Source: an uncultured Methylomirabilota bacterium (GTDB taxonomy: Bacteria; Methylomirabilota; Methylomirabilia; Methylomirabilales; 2-02-FULL-66-22). Taken from it: a stretch of DNA of 64,000 nt. Where the stretch lies: assembly GCA_963705305.1 (NCBI GenBank), contig OY970067.1, forward strand, positions 1,152,001 to 1,216,000, in the 5' to 3' direction. This document shows positions 9,602 through 19,719 of this stretch, piece after piece; the first letter of the stretch is position 1; every line of letters starts with the position of its first letter. The position numbers and the translations under genes are program-made. The notes under the pieces are model-generated. The model was not told the origin of the DNA and did not search any database. It saw only the letters and a program-made list of their open reading frames with translations.

Positions 9602-10774
9602 TCAGCGGTCGATCTCCCCCAGGACGATGTCCAGGGAGCCGATGACGGCGATCACGTCCGCCACCAGCCGGCCCTCCACCATGCGCGGGAGGGCCTGGAG
9701 GTTCGCAAACGAGGGGGCCCGGTAGTGCACCCGGTAGGGCCGGGGTGATCCGTCGCTCACCAGGTAGACCCCCAGCTCTCCCTTGGGGGCTTCGATGGCC
9801 TGGTAGACCTCCCCCGCCGGGACCGAGAAGCCCTCGGAGTAAAGCTTGAAGTGGTGGATGAGGGCCTCCATGGAGGTCTTGAGCAGCCGCTTGGGCGGCG
9901 GCACCAGCTTCGGGTCGGCCACGTTGATCGGTCCCGGCGTGAGGCGCTGCAGGGCCTGCCGGACGACCCGGTGGCTCTGCCGCATCTCCGCCACGCGCAC
10001 GCAGTACCGGTCGAAAACGTCGCCGGCCTTGCCCAGGGGGACCTCGAACTCGTACTTCTCGTAGCCGCTGTAGGGATGGGCGCGCCGCACGTCGTAGGCG
10101 ACGCCGCAGGCCCGAAGGCTCGGCCCGCTCAACCCCATAGTAATGGCATCGGCCGCCCGGATGGCGCCGATCCCCACCGTGCGCTGCCGCCACAGGGGGT
10201 TCTCCGTGAGCAGGGCCTCGTAGTCGGCCAGGCGAGCGGGGAAGACCTGCAGGAAGGCCTCCACGCGCCGCTCGAATCCCGGCGGCAGGTCCTCCAACAG
10301 ACCGCCCACCCGGAAGTAGCTGGACATCATCCGCTGCCCGCTCACCGCCTCGTACAGGTCCAGGATCTGCTCCCGCTCGCGGAAGCAGTAGAGGAACACC
10401 GACATGGCCCCGACATCCAGGGCGTGCGTTCCCAGCCAGACCAGGTGGCTTCCGATGCGCGTCAGCTCGGTGAGCAGGACCCGGATCGTCTGGGCGCGCT
10501 CGGGGACCTGGACGCCCAGCGCCTTCTCGATGGCCAGCACGTACACCAGGTTGTTGGAGAGGGGGGCCAGGTAGTCCAGCCGATCGGTCAGAGGAATTCC
10601 CTGCTGGTACCGCTTGCTTTCCAGCCCCTTCTCGATCCCGGTGTGGAGGTAGCCGATGTGCGGCACGCAGCGCACCACCACCTCGCCGTCCAGCTCCAGG
10701 ACCAGACGCAGCACCCCGTGGGTCGAGGGGTGCTGCGGCCCCATGTTCAAGGTCATGGTGCGGGCGGCGGTCAT
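9602..10774 (-). CDS. nuoD: NADH-quinone oxidoreductase subunit D
   Basis: NMGPQHPSTHGVLRL, DRLDY, EAPKGELG, DIVLGEIDR; start at MTAART overlapping the nuoC stop. Confidence 0.96.
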   Translation of the reverse strand: MTAARTMTLNMGPQHPSTHGVLRLVLELDGEVVVRCVPHIGYLHTGIEKGLESKRYQQGIPLTDRLDYLAPLSNNLVYVLAIEKALGVQVPERAQTIRVLLTELTRIGSHLVWLGTHALDVGAMSVFLYCFREREQILDLYEAVSGQRMMSSYFRVGGLLEDLPPGFERRVEAFLQVFPARLADYEALLTENPLWRQRTVGIGAIRAADAITMGLSGPSLRACGVAYDVRRAHPYSGYEKYEFEVPLGKAGDVFDRYCVRVAEMRQSHRVVRQALQRLTPGPINVADPKLVPPPKRLLKTSMEALIHHFKLYSEGFSVPAGEVYQAIEAPKGELGVYLVSDGSPRPYRVHYRAPSFANLQALPRMVEGRLVADVIAVIGSLDIVLGEIDR

Positions 10775-11301
10775 GCCGGCTCTTCCTCCCACCAGCGGGG
10801 CGCGGCCTCCACCGGATAGTCCTTGCGGAGCGGGTGGCCTTCCCAGTCGTCGGGCATCAGGATGCGGCGCAGGTCGGGGTGGTCCGCGAACGGGACCCCG
10901 AACAGATCGAAGACCTCCCGCTCGTGCCAGTTGGCCGTTTCCCAGATCCCGGTCACCGTGGGAACCGCCTCCCCCTCGTCCACCTGGACCTTCAGGCGCA
11001 GGCGCCGCTTGAACTGCAGCGAGTAGAGGTGGTAGACCACCTCGAAGCGCGGCGAGGACTCCGGCAGGTTGAGGCGATCCACGCCGGTCACGGAGGAGAG
11101 AAAGTCGAAGGCGAGGTCGGGGTCGTCGCGCAGGAGGCGGCAGATCGGGATCAAGTCCTGGGGCCGGAGGATCACCGTGGTCTCGTTCCGCCAGACCCTC
11201 ACCTGCTGCAGGGCGCCGCCGAACCGCTCTCGCAACCGCTGCAGGACCAGGCTTTCCGCCGCGGGCTCCTGATCCGGACTCGTCGGTGTATGCTCGCTCA
11301 T
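10771..11301 (-). CDS. nuoC: NADH-quinone oxidoreductase subunit C
   Basis: ANWHEREVFDLFG...HPDLRRILMPDDWEGHPLRKDY. Confidence 0.96.
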   Translation of the reverse strand: MSEHTPTSPDQEPAAESLVLQRLRERFGGALQQVRVWRNETTVILRPQDLIPICRLLRDDPDLAFDFLSSVTGVDRLNLPESSPRFEVVYHLYSLQFKRRLRLKVQVDEGEAVPTVTGIWETANWHEREVFDLFGVPFADHPDLRRILMPDDWEGHPLRKDYPVEAAPRWWEEEPA

Positions 11302-11416
11302 CGGCTGATTCCGTCGCGAGCCGGCTCGCCCTCACGAGGGGTCGAGCGGTCTCGGCGTCGAGGTCTCGCGATGAAGGCCCCCCGTCCGACGTGACCGGCC
11401 GGCAGACCGGCGGCCG

Positions 11417-11773
11417 TCACTCCCACTCCAGCCCGCCCTTCTTCCACGCGTAGAAATACCCGACCAGCAGGATCAGCAGGAACGTCCCCATGCTTGTCAG
11501 CCCGAAGACCTTGAGCTGCTTGAAGGCCACGGCCCAGGGAAACAGGAAGACGATCTCCATGTCGAAGATGATGAAGAGCATGGCCACCAGGTAGAACTTG
11601 ACCGAAAAGCGCTCGCGGGCCGTTCCCACCGGCACCACCCCGCACTCGTACGGGGAGAGTTTTTCGGGATTGGGCCGGCGGGGGCCGAACAGCATGGACA
11701 TGACGATGTTGAGGGCCGCGAACAGCCCGGCCAGCACCACCAGGATCAGAATCGGTACATACGGCATCAACAT
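11417..11773 (-). CDS. nuoA: NADH-quinone oxidoreductase subunit A
   Basis: PYECG, FYLVAMLFIIFDME, WKKGGLEWE. Confidence 0.96.
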   Translation of the reverse strand: MLMPYVPILILVVLAGLFAALNIVMSMLFGPRRPNPEKLSPYECGVVPVGTARERFSVKFYLVAMLFIIFDMEIVFLFPWAVAFKQLKVFGLTSMGTFLLILLVGYFYAWKKGGLEWE

Positions 11774-11821
11774 CGTCGGATAGCCTCGTAGGGTCCGCGG
11801 TCGACCCGGCGACGCGGACGC

Positions 11822-11839
11822 ATGTGAACCTTAGCACAT
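11822..11839. promoter_or_regulatory. Putative Rex-type operator upstream of nuoA (cluster 1)
   Basis: ATGTGAA-CCTT-AGCACAT resembles the Rex consensus TTGTGAA-N4-TTCACAA. Confidence 0.5.
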
Positions 11840-11847
11840 TAACGCGG

Positions 11848-11893
11848 AAAGAAAAGAGGGGCCCCCAACCTCCCCTCCGGTCGGGGGCCCCCC
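11848..11893 (-). terminator. Intrinsic terminator after atpE
   Basis: GGGGCCCCC stem followed on the minus strand by TCTTTTCTTT. Confidence 0.7.
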
Positions 11894-11899
11894 GTCAGG

Positions 11900-12244
11900 C
11901 TAGCCGCCGAACGGCTTGACGAAGAAGATGATCAACGAGATGAGAAGCACGTAGATGGCCAACGACTCGATCAGTGCCAGACCGATGATCATCGCCACCT
12001 GGATGCGCGGTGCCGCGTTCGGCTGCCGCGCGATGCCGTCCAGCGCCGCGCTGATGGCCCGGCCCTGGCCGAGGGCCGCCGCCGCGGAGGCGATGGCCAT
12101 GGCGAATCCGCCCGTGAGGATGCTCACCACACCCAGGGACAGCCCGCCGCCCCCCGTTGTCGCGTCGGCCGCCCACGCCGATCCCGCCCCCCAGAGCAAG
12201 AGCGCTGTCGTCACCCACGCCACTCGCATGCTCAGCACGCCCAT
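11900..12244 (-). CDS. atpE: F0 ATP synthase subunit c with N-terminal extension
   Basis: [31 protein letters not shown] before MGVLS. Confidence 0.94.
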   Translation of the reverse strand: MGVLSMRVAWVTTALLLWGAGSAWAADATTGGGGLSLGVVSILTGGFAMAIASAAAALGQGRAISAALDGIARQPNAAPRIQVAMIIGLALIESLAIYVLLISLIIFFVKPFGG

Positions 12245-12359
12245 CCACTCCCTCCTTTCCCGGTCCGACCCGCTGACTCTGAAACCCACGCGCCCGCCGC
12301 CGCCCGCGCCTTTCTGCCCTGCAGGCGCGACGCGCGCTGACGCTTCCCCGCCGGAGCAC

Positions 12360-13199
12360 CTAGTGGCGCTCCTCCCCGTGGTCCTCCTCCACGGCCCCGG
12401 CGATGTACACCATGGACAGCATGATGAAGATGAAGGTCTGCACGGCCGCGGTGAAGAGGCTCAGCGGCAGCATGATGATCAGCCAGATGAAGTACGGCAT
12501 CACCAGCCAGACCAGGCCGAGGAGGATGACGATCACGCTCTCCTCCCCGAAGATATTCCCAAAGAGCCGGATGGAGAGCGAGATGGGCCGGGCCAGGTGG
12601 CCGATGAGCTCGATGGGGAACATCAGCGGCGCCAGCCACCAGAGCGGCCCGCAGAAGTGCTTCAAGTAATTCACCAGCCCGTGCTTCCGGATGCCGAAAA
12701 AGTTGTAAGAGAGGAAGACGGTCACGGCCAGCGCCACGGTGGTGTTCAGGTTGGCGGTCGGCGGAGGCAGGCCGGGGAGCGGTATGATGTCGAGGAGGTT
12801 GCTGGCGAAGATGAACAGGCCGGCCGCACCGATGAGGGGAAGGAACTGCGGCCCCTGCCGGCCGATGATCTGCTCGAGCAGGCTGGAGAAACCCTCGATC
12901 ACCGCCTCCACGAAATTCTGCAGGGGGCCGGGCACCTCTTTCAAGGCGCGCGTGCCCACCACCCCCCCCACCACTAGGACCCCCATGACCAGCCAGGTGG
13001 TCGTGAGGTACCCCGGGAGCCATGCCCCCGGGACCCCCAGGAAGCTCAGGACGTTGGGAAGCTGGACCAGGGGGACGTGCTCGAGCTCGACCTGCCGGGG
13101 GGCATACATCAGCCCCACCACGAGGTTCACCACGGCCAGGCCCCCCAGGAGCAGCCACACGCCCCATCCGCCCCGCTTCCCGTTTGCTTCGTCCGCCAA
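12360..13199 (-). CDS. atpB: F0 ATP synthase subunit a
   Basis: [33 protein letters not shown]; probable TTG start after GGAGG. Confidence 0.94.
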   Translation of the reverse strand: MADEANGKRGGWGVWLLLGGLAVVNLVVGLMYAPRQVELEHVPLVQLPNVLSFLGVPGAWLPGYLTTTWLVMGVLVVGGVVGTRALKEVPGPLQNFVEAVIEGFSSLLEQIIGRQGPQFLPLIGAAGLFIFASNLLDIIPLPGLPPPTANLNTTVALAVTVFLSYNFFGIRKHGLVNYLKHFCGPLWWLAPLMFPIELIGHLARPISLSIRLFGNIFGEESVIVILLGLVWLVMPYFIWLIIMLPLSLFTAAVQTFIFIMLSMVYIAGAVEEDHGEERH

Positions 13200-13222
13200 G
13201 GTCGCCTCCCGCAGCGCCCGGT

Positions 13223-13480
13223 CTACCTCTCCGGTCTTGTGGGCCCCCCTGCCTTCGGATCCCCGCCCCCCCAGAGGCCCACGTCCCGGAACAGATTCAG
13301 GAAGCCGGCCGCGATCCCGAACAGGGTGAACAGCAGCGTGAGCCACGGCTGGGTGCCCAGCCACCGGTCCAGCCCGTACCCAATGCCCAGGCCGATCGCG
13401 GTCGCCGCCACCAGCGTCACGCCGATCGTGCTGAGACGGGCAAGCTGCTTGAGGAGCGACGGCTCCTCCCTGTCGGGCAT
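13223..13480 (-). CDS. AtpZ/AtpI family ATP synthase accessory protein
   Basis: IGLGIGYGLDRWLGTQPWLTLLFTLFGIAAGF; directly upstream of atpB. Confidence 0.88.
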   Translation of the reverse strand: MPDREEPSLLKQLARLSTIGVTLVAATAIGLGIGYGLDRWLGTQPWLTLLFTLFGIAAGFLNLFRDVGLWGGGDPKAGGPTRPER

Positions 13481-13528
13481 GCCACACCTCGCGCAACGCG
13501 CGCCCCCGGGTGGCCGGAAATATCCCTC

Positions 13529-13557
13529 TTTCTAGCCCTTGACGCCTCCGGTGTCAA
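13529..13557 (-). promoter_or_regulatory. Sigma70-like promoter of the atp mini-operon
   Basis: TTGACA-17-TAGAAA on the minus strand. Confidence 0.55.
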
Positions 13558-13632
13558 GTCCTCCCCCGGCCCGTGGAATCCACGCGAGGAACGGATGAGC
13601 GGGGCGGACGGCGGCTGGGGGCCGGCCGCGGA

Positions 13633-15093
13633 TCAGCCGACAATGGCTGCCGCGCTGGCCCGGGCGAACTCCAGGAGCGGCCCCGGAAAGATTCCCAGGA
13701 GCAGCGTGCCGACCGCGGCCAGGAGCAGGGCGAGGGACAGGGTGGCCGACGGATTCAAAGCGATGCCCTGCGGCGGCAGCTCCCGCATGTACATCACCAT
13801 GACCACCCGCATATAGTAGAAGAGGGAGATGGCAGAGTTGACGACGGCGATGATGGCCAGCCAGACATACCCGGCGTCGATGGCCGCGGCAAACAGGTAG
13901 AACTTTCCGACAAATCCCGCCGTGGGCGGGATGCCGGTGAGGGAGAGCAGGAACAGCAGCATGACCGCCGCGGCCAGCGGGCTCCGCTGCGCCAGGCCGG
14001 TGAAGTCCTCGATCTGGTCGCCCCGCACCGTGCCGCGGTTGAGCAGCACCACCATGCCGAAGGCGCCGATGGTCATCAGCGCATACACCAGGCTATAAAA
14101 CAGGATCGCGGCCACCCCGATCCGGCTGGCCACGATCAACCCGATCAGGATATAGCCCATGTGGGCGATGGTGCTGTAGGCCAGCATCCTCTTGAGGTTG
14201 CTCTGGGCGATGGCCACCAGATTGCCCACGGTCATGGTGAGCACCGCCAGCACCCAGAACAGGAGCTTCCAGTCCACCCGGAGGCCCGGCATGGCCAGGA
14301 GAAACACCCGCACCAGGACCGCCACCCCGGCCAGCTCCGCCGCGCCGGCCATGAAGGCCACCACCGGCGTGGGCGCGCCCTCGTACATATCGGGCAGGTA
14401 CATGTGGAACGGCACTGCCGCGATCTTGAACCCGAATCCCGCCGCCAGGAGGACCATGGCCATGAGGACGGCTGGATTCCGCAGGTTGTCCGTTCCCACG
14501 GCCGTGGCGATGGCCCCCAGATTGGTGCTCCCGGCCACGCCGTACAGCAGGGCCATGCCGTACAGGATCACGCCCGTGGAGAACGTGCCCATGAGCAGGT
14601 ACTTGAGGGCCCCCTCGTTGCAGCGTTGCTCCTGCTTGAGGAAGCCGCAGAGCGCATAGGTGCAGACCGCCATGATTTCCAGGCCGATGAACAGCGACAG
14701 GAGGTCGGCCGCGGAGGCCATCAGCATCGTCCCCAGCGTGCCGAAGAGGAGCAGGGCGTAGAACTCCCCCTCCGGCACGTCCTGCTCGCGCAGGAACCTG
14801 ACCGAGACGAGGAGGACGATGCCGGCGCTCACCAGGAACACCACCTTGAAGAAGCAGGCGTACATGTCCACGGCGTGCAGGCCGCTGAAGATGACGGCAT
14901 GGGTCGACGACGCGGCCTGGCGCAGCACCAGGACGAGGGCCGCCGCCACGCCCAGAACGCTGAGGCCCCCAAGCCAGGACCGATCCCGGCCCCGCAGGGC
15001 AAGATCCAGGACCAGGACCAGGAGCCCGGTCAGCGCGACGACCAGCTCGGGGGCCGCCAGGACCAGATCGGCGGGATTGAACCCCGGCATCAT
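13633..15093 (-). CDS. nuoN: NADH-quinone oxidoreductase subunit N, cluster 2
   Basis: EGALKYLLMG, FKIAAVPFHMYLPDMYEGAPTP, KRMLAYSTIAH. Confidence 0.95.
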   Translation of the reverse strand: MMPGFNPADLVLAAPELVVALTGLLVLVLDLALRGRDRSWLGGLSVLGVAAALVLVLRQAASSTHAVIFSGLHAVDMYACFFKVVFLVSAGIVLLVSVRFLREQDVPEGEFYALLLFGTLGTMLMASAADLLSLFIGLEIMAVCTYALCGFLKQEQRCNEGALKYLLMGTFSTGVILYGMALLYGVAGSTNLGAIATAVGTDNLRNPAVLMAMVLLAAGFGFKIAAVPFHMYLPDMYEGAPTPVVAFMAGAAELAGVAVLVRVFLLAMPGLRVDWKLLFWVLAVLTMTVGNLVAIAQSNLKRMLAYSTIAHMGYILIGLIVASRIGVAAILFYSLVYALMTIGAFGMVVLLNRGTVRGDQIEDFTGLAQRSPLAAAVMLLFLLSLTGIPPTAGFVGKFYLFAAAIDAGYVWLAIIAVVNSAISLFYYMRVVMVMYMRELPPQGIALNPSATLSLALLLAAVGTLLLGIFPGPLLEFARASAAAIVG

Positions 15094-16793
15094 CGTCCGC
15101 CCTCACGCTCGGAGGCCGCGGCGGGCTGGCGGCTCGGCAATTGGGCGATCAGCGCTTCCGCCTCGCGCGGATGCTGGCTCGCCAGATTGCCCAAGCGCCC
15201 GGGCGCTTGATCGCCGCGCGCGGCCAGCTGCCGGGGCTGGACCGCCTTGCCCGCCGACCCCTTCTCCACGATCTGGATGACGTTCCCGATGGAGGCCGCG
15301 CTGGCATTCAGGAAGGGCACCGGGTACAGCCCGATCCAGAAGCAGAACGCGATGATGGGCACCAGCGTAGCGATCTCGCGCACGCTCAGGTCGGGGAGGG
15401 TCTTGTTCTCCTCCTTGGTGATCTCGCCGAACATGGTCCTTTGGTACAGCCACAACATGTACGCGGCGCCCAGGATGATGCCGGTCACGGCGAAGGCGCC
15501 CCACCACCAGTGGACCTGGAAGGCGCCGATGAGGATCAGGAACTCGCCCACGAAGCCGTTCAGGCCCGGCAGCCCCATGGAGGCCAGCATGATGATGGCG
15601 AACAGGGTGGCGTAGATCGGCATCTGCCGCGAGAGGCCGCCCAGCTCGGAGATCAGGCGCGTGTGCCGCCGGTCGTAGATCAGCCCCACCACCAGGAAGA
15701 GGCCGCCCGTGGACAGCCCGTGGTTGATCATCTGCAAGAGGCTGCCTTGCATCCCCTGCATGTTGATGGCGAACATTCCCAGCATCACGAAGCCCATGTG
15801 GCTGACCGAGCTGTAGGCGATCAGCCGCTTCATGTCCGGCTGCACCATGCAGACCATGGCCCCGTAGATGATGGCGATGATGGCCAGCACGAAGACCAGC
15901 GGCACGAAGTGGCGGCTGGCCTCGGGGAACATGGGCAGGTTGAAGCGCAGGAAGCCGTAGGTCCCCATCTTCAGCAGGACCCCGGCCAGGATCACCGAGC
16001 CGGCGGTGGGGGCATCGGTATGCGCGTCGGGCAGCCAGGTGTGAAACGGGAACATGGGGACCTTGATGGCGAAGGAGAGGGCGAAGGCCAGCCAGGCCAG
16101 GTCCTGGAAACTCAGCGAGATCCCCAGGACGTGGATGACCGGGGTGTGGGGGTAGGCCACTCGCATCAGATCCAGGACGTCGAAGGTGTATTGTCCGGTC
16201 TGCGCCCCCGCGTAGAAATAGATGGCCAGGATCCCCAGCAGCATCACCACGCTGCCGAAGAGGGTGTACAGGAAGAACTTGATGGCCGAGTAGAGGCGCC
16301 GGTCGCTGCCCCAGACCCCGATCAGGAAGTACATGGGGACCAGCATGACCTCCCAGAAGACATAGAACAGGAAGAAGTCCAGGGCCACGAAGACCCCCAG
16401 CATCCCCGTCTCCAGGATCAGCAGGAAGACGTAATACTCCTTGGCCCGGTGCTTGATGGACTCGAAGGAGCACAGGATCGCAATGGGGCTGAGGAAGGTG
16501 GTCAGCATCACCAGCCACAGGCTGATCCCGTCCAGGCCGAAGAAGTAGTGGACCCCGATGCTGGGAATCCAGCTGGCGCGCTCCACGAACTGCACCGCGG
16601 CCGTGGATTGGTCGTAGGCGGCCGGGATCCACAGCGAGACGCCCAGCGTGATCAGGGAGGCCGCGAAGGCCAGGTTCCGCAGCGCTCGCACCTGCTGCCG
16701 GTCCACGAACAGCAGTGGAACGATCCCCAGCAGGGGCAGGAAGACGATCAGCGAGAGGATCGGAAAGCCCAGAACATTGCCCTGCACGGTCAT
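15090..16793 (-). CDS. nuoM: NADH-quinone oxidoreductase subunit M, cluster 2
   Basis: FWEVMLVPMYFLIG, FHTWLPDAHTDAP. Confidence 0.95.
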   Translation of the reverse strand: MTVQGNVLGFPILSLIVFLPLLGIVPLLFVDRQQVRALRNLAFAASLITLGVSLWIPAAYDQSTAAVQFVERASWIPSIGVHYFFGLDGISLWLVMLTTFLSPIAILCSFESIKHRAKEYYVFLLILETGMLGVFVALDFFLFYVFWEVMLVPMYFLIGVWGSDRRLYSAIKFFLYTLFGSVVMLLGILAIYFYAGAQTGQYTFDVLDLMRVAYPHTPVIHVLGISLSFQDLAWLAFALSFAIKVPMFPFHTWLPDAHTDAPTAGSVILAGVLLKMGTYGFLRFNLPMFPEASRHFVPLVFVLAIIAIIYGAMVCMVQPDMKRLIAYSSVSHMGFVMLGMFAINMQGMQGSLLQMINHGLSTGGLFLVVGLIYDRRHTRLISELGGLSRQMPIYATLFAIIMLASMGLPGLNGFVGEFLILIGAFQVHWWWGAFAVTGIILGAAYMLWLYQRTMFGEITKEENKTLPDLSVREIATLVPIIAFCFWIGLYPVPFLNASAASIGNVIQIVEKGSAGKAVQPRQLAARGDQAPGRLGNLASQHPREAEALIAQLPSRQPAAASEREGGR

Positions 16794-16827
16794 ACGGCCG
16801 CTCCTTGCGCGTCGCCAGGGGCGTCGG

Positions 16828-18807
16828 CTAGAGGAAGAAATACAACGTCACGATCACGAAAATCCCCATGGCCATGGCCAGAAGATAATTCTGGATGACG
16901 CCGGTCTGGATGCGCTTGAAGGCCTGGCTGCCCTCCTGGATCACGTCCGCCACGGCGTTTACCAGCCCGTCCACTCCGCGGAAGTCGAACGTCGCGGACA
17001 CGTTGCTCAGGAAGACCGTCAGCCAGCCGGCCCCGTTCACGGTCCCGTCCACCCCCCGGGCATCCACCGCCCAGAGGCGAGTGCACAGCCGCTTCCCGAA
17101 GTCGACGAAGACGGCGATGTACAGCTCGTCCACCCAGTACTTGTTGAGCAGCAGCCGGTAGACGCCCTGGCACCGCTCGGCCAGCCGGTCCGCCATGCCC
17201 GGCCGGCGCATGTACATCTGGTAGGCCAGGACGATTCCGGACAGGGCGATGACCGTCGAGACCAGGGCCATCAGGAGCTCGGAGGGACCCTGCGACCCCG
17301 CGGCCTCCGCCGCGGTCCGGAAGACCGGCGCCACGAACGTGTGGTAGGGGCTATGCCCCGGCGAGTAGCCCACCAGCCCAACCAGGGCGCTGAAGACGGC
17401 CAGGATGGTGAGGGGCACGGTCATGACCCGGGGGGATTCGTGTATGTGGTGCGCGACCTGATGATCCACCCGGGAGGGGCCTTCGAAGGCCACGAAGTAG
17501 AGGCGGAACATGTAAAACGCGGTCCCGAAGGCCCCCGCCGCCCCCAGGGCCCACAGCCAGACGTGTCCCGACGCGATGGCGGAATGCAGGATCTGGTCCT
17601 TCGACCAGAACCCCGCCATGGGGAAGATCCCGGCGTTGGCCAGCGACCCGATCAGGAAGGTCCCGGCGGTGACGGGCATGTGCTTGCGCAGGCCTCCCAT
17701 CTTGCGGATGTCCTGCTCGCCGGAGAGCCCGTGGATCACGGAGCCCGCCCCCAGGAAGAGCAGGGCCTTGAAGAAGGCGTGGGTGCCCAGGTGGAAGATG
17801 GCCCCGGCATACGCCCCCAGGCCTGCCCCCAGGAACATGTAGCCGAGCTGGGAGATGGTGGAGTAGGCGATCACCCGCTTGATGTCGTTCTGCACCAGGG
17901 CGATGCTGGCGGCGAAGACGGCCGTCAGCGCCCCCACCCAAGCCACCACCCCCATCGAAAAGGGGGCCGCGCTGAACAGGGCGTTGGACCGGCAGACCAT
18001 GTAGACACCCGCCGTCACCATGGTGGCAGCGTGGATGAGGGCCGAGACCGGCGTGGGGCCCTCCATGGCGTCGGGCAGCCAGACGTAGAGGGGCAATTGC
18101 GCCGACTTTCCCGTGGCTCCGGCGAAGAGCATGAGCGTGATCCAGGTGACCACGCTCAGCCCGAGCAGGGAGGGGCGGGCGAGGACCTCGCGCATGGGAT
18201 CGACGGCCGGGAAGATCTGACTGTAGGAGAGCGACCCGAAGACGTGCCAGATCAGGAACAGGCCCAGCAGGAATCCCGCGTCGCCGATCCGGTTCACCAC
18301 GAAGGCTTTCTTGCCGGCGTCGGAGGCCGATTGCTTCTGGTACCAGAAGCCGATCAGCAGGTAGGAGCACAGCCCCACGCCCTCCCAGCCCAGGAACATC
18401 AAGAGGTAATTGTTGGCCAGGATCAGGATGAGCATCGAGCTCATGAACAGGTTCAGGTACGTGAAGAACCGGGCGTATCCCGTGTCCCCGTGCATGTAGC
18501 CGACGGAGTAGATGTGGATGAGAAACCCGACGAAGGTCACCACCAGCATCATGACGGCGGAGAGGGGATCCACCAGGAAGCCCACGCTGGCCTGGAACGC
18601 CCCGGCGGAGATCCAGGTATAGACGTCCCAGTCCAAGGTGGCCCCGCCCCAGGCCTGGATGAAGATCCCCAGGGCGATCAGGAACGAGAGGCCCGTTGTG
18701 GCGAGGGCCAGCAGGTGGGCGCGACCCCGGATCCAGCGCCCGAAGATCCCGTTGATGACCACCCCGACCACCGGCAGCACCGGCACCAGCCAGATCAGCT
18801 TCAGCAT
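16828..18807 (-). CDS. nuoL: NADH-quinone oxidoreductase subunit L, cluster 2
   Basis: GKSAQLPLYVWLPDAMEGPTPVSAL. Confidence 0.95.
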   Translation of the reverse strand: MLKLIWLVPVLPVVGVVINGIFGRWIRGRAHLLALATTGLSFLIALGIFIQAWGGATLDWDVYTWISAGAFQASVGFLVDPLSAVMMLVVTFVGFLIHIYSVGYMHGDTGYARFFTYLNLFMSSMLILILANNYLLMFLGWEGVGLCSYLLIGFWYQKQSASDAGKKAFVVNRIGDAGFLLGLFLIWHVFGSLSYSQIFPAVDPMREVLARPSLLGLSVVTWITLMLFAGATGKSAQLPLYVWLPDAMEGPTPVSALIHAATMVTAGVYMVCRSNALFSAAPFSMGVVAWVGALTAVFAASIALVQNDIKRVIAYSTISQLGYMFLGAGLGAYAGAIFHLGTHAFFKALLFLGAGSVIHGLSGEQDIRKMGGLRKHMPVTAGTFLIGSLANAGIFPMAGFWSKDQILHSAIASGHVWLWALGAAGAFGTAFYMFRLYFVAFEGPSRVDHQVAHHIHESPRVMTVPLTILAVFSALVGLVGYSPGHSPYHTFVAPVFRTAAEAAGSQGPSELLMALVSTVIALSGIVLAYQMYMRRPGMADRLAERCQGVYRLLLNKYWVDELYIAVFVDFGKRLCTRLWAVDARGVDGTVNGAGWLTVFLSNVSATFDFRGVDGLVNAVADVIQEGSQAFKRIQTGVIQNYLLAMAMGIFVIVTLYFFL

Positions 18808-18855
18808 CGTCCCTCTCGGCTCACGGCTCGCGGCTCGTCTTCTCTCGCCCGGGAC

Positions 18856-19164
18856 CTACCACTTCATCAGGTTGATCTCGTCCACGTTCACCGTCCTGAA
18901 ATTGCGATACAGCCCCAGGACGATGGCCAGACCCACCGCCGCCTCTGCCGCCGCCACCGTGATGACGAAGACGGCGAAGACCTGTCCCTGGAGCATGGTC
19001 CGGGGAAGGTAGCGGGCGAAGGCGATGAAGTTCAAGTTCACGGCGTTCAGCATCAGCTCGATGGACATGAGAATGGCGATGGCGTTCCGACGCGTCAGGG
19101 CGCCGAACACCCCCAGGCTGAAGATGATCGCCCCCAGGATCAGATAGTGGCTGAGTGGAATCAT
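18856..19164 (-). CDS. nuoK: NADH-quinone oxidoreductase subunit K, cluster 2
   Basis: [20 protein letters not shown]. Confidence 0.96.
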   Translation of the reverse strand: MIPLSHYLILGAIIFSLGVFGALTRRNAIAILMSIELMLNAVNLNFIAFARYLPRTMLQGQVFAVFVITVAAAEAAVGLAIVLGLYRNFRTVNVDEINLMKW

Positions 19165-19197
19165 CGCTCCGACACTCCACGGCGCGCGGCGTGCGCC

Positions 19198-19689
19198 CTA
19201 TTCCTTCCGTGCCAGGATAATGGCCCCCACCATCGCCGCCAGCAGCAGGATGGAGACCGCCTCGAACGGCAGGAGGTAGGTGGTGAGCAGCGCCCGCCCC
19301 AGGAAGGGGGCCGTCTCGGGGAGGGGCGGGGGCGCCGCCAGCACGGCGATGCCGCGCAGCGAGGCGTAGACCAGCCCGATCAGCAGCCCCAAGGCGGCCA
19401 CGGCGCTGAGCCCCGCCTGGTCGTTGATCACGCGCGCCGTGGCGGAGGAGATCCGGCTGGTGAGCATGATGGCGAACAGGAGCAGGATCGTGATGCCGCC
19501 GACGTAGATCAGGACCTGCACCGCCGCCAGAAATTCCGCGTCCAGCAGCACGTACAGCGCCGCCATCCCGCAGAAGCTGAAGATGAGGGCGACGGCCGCC
19601 CGGACGATGTTCTTTCCCAGGACCACGATGCCCGCCGCCCACACCGTGAACGCCGCCAGGACATAAAAGATGGCCAGCTGTACCGTCAT
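19198..19689 (-). CDS. nuoJ: NADH-quinone oxidoreductase subunit J, cluster 2
   Basis: AVQVLIYVGGI, LPFEAVS. Confidence 0.94.
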   Translation of the reverse strand: MTVQLAIFYVLAAFTVWAAGIVVLGKNIVRAAVALIFSFCGMAALYVLLDAEFLAAVQVLIYVGGITILLLFAIMLTSRISSATARVINDQAGLSAVAALGLLIGLVYASLRGIAVLAAPPPLPETAPFLGRALLTTYLLPFEAVSILLLAAMVGAIILARKE

Positions 19690-19719
19690 GACCCCGAGCG
19701 TCCTCCGTCCCGCCTCACC

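Noticed and set aside
11302..11416. nuoB remnant in the nuoA-nuoC gap
   Set aside because: Only a GC hairpin is visible; no NuoB-like Cys-Cys motif was recognised
265..16793. 2M-type complex I with duplicated nuoM
   Set aside because: The two nuoM genes belong to separate clusters, each with a single L-M-N
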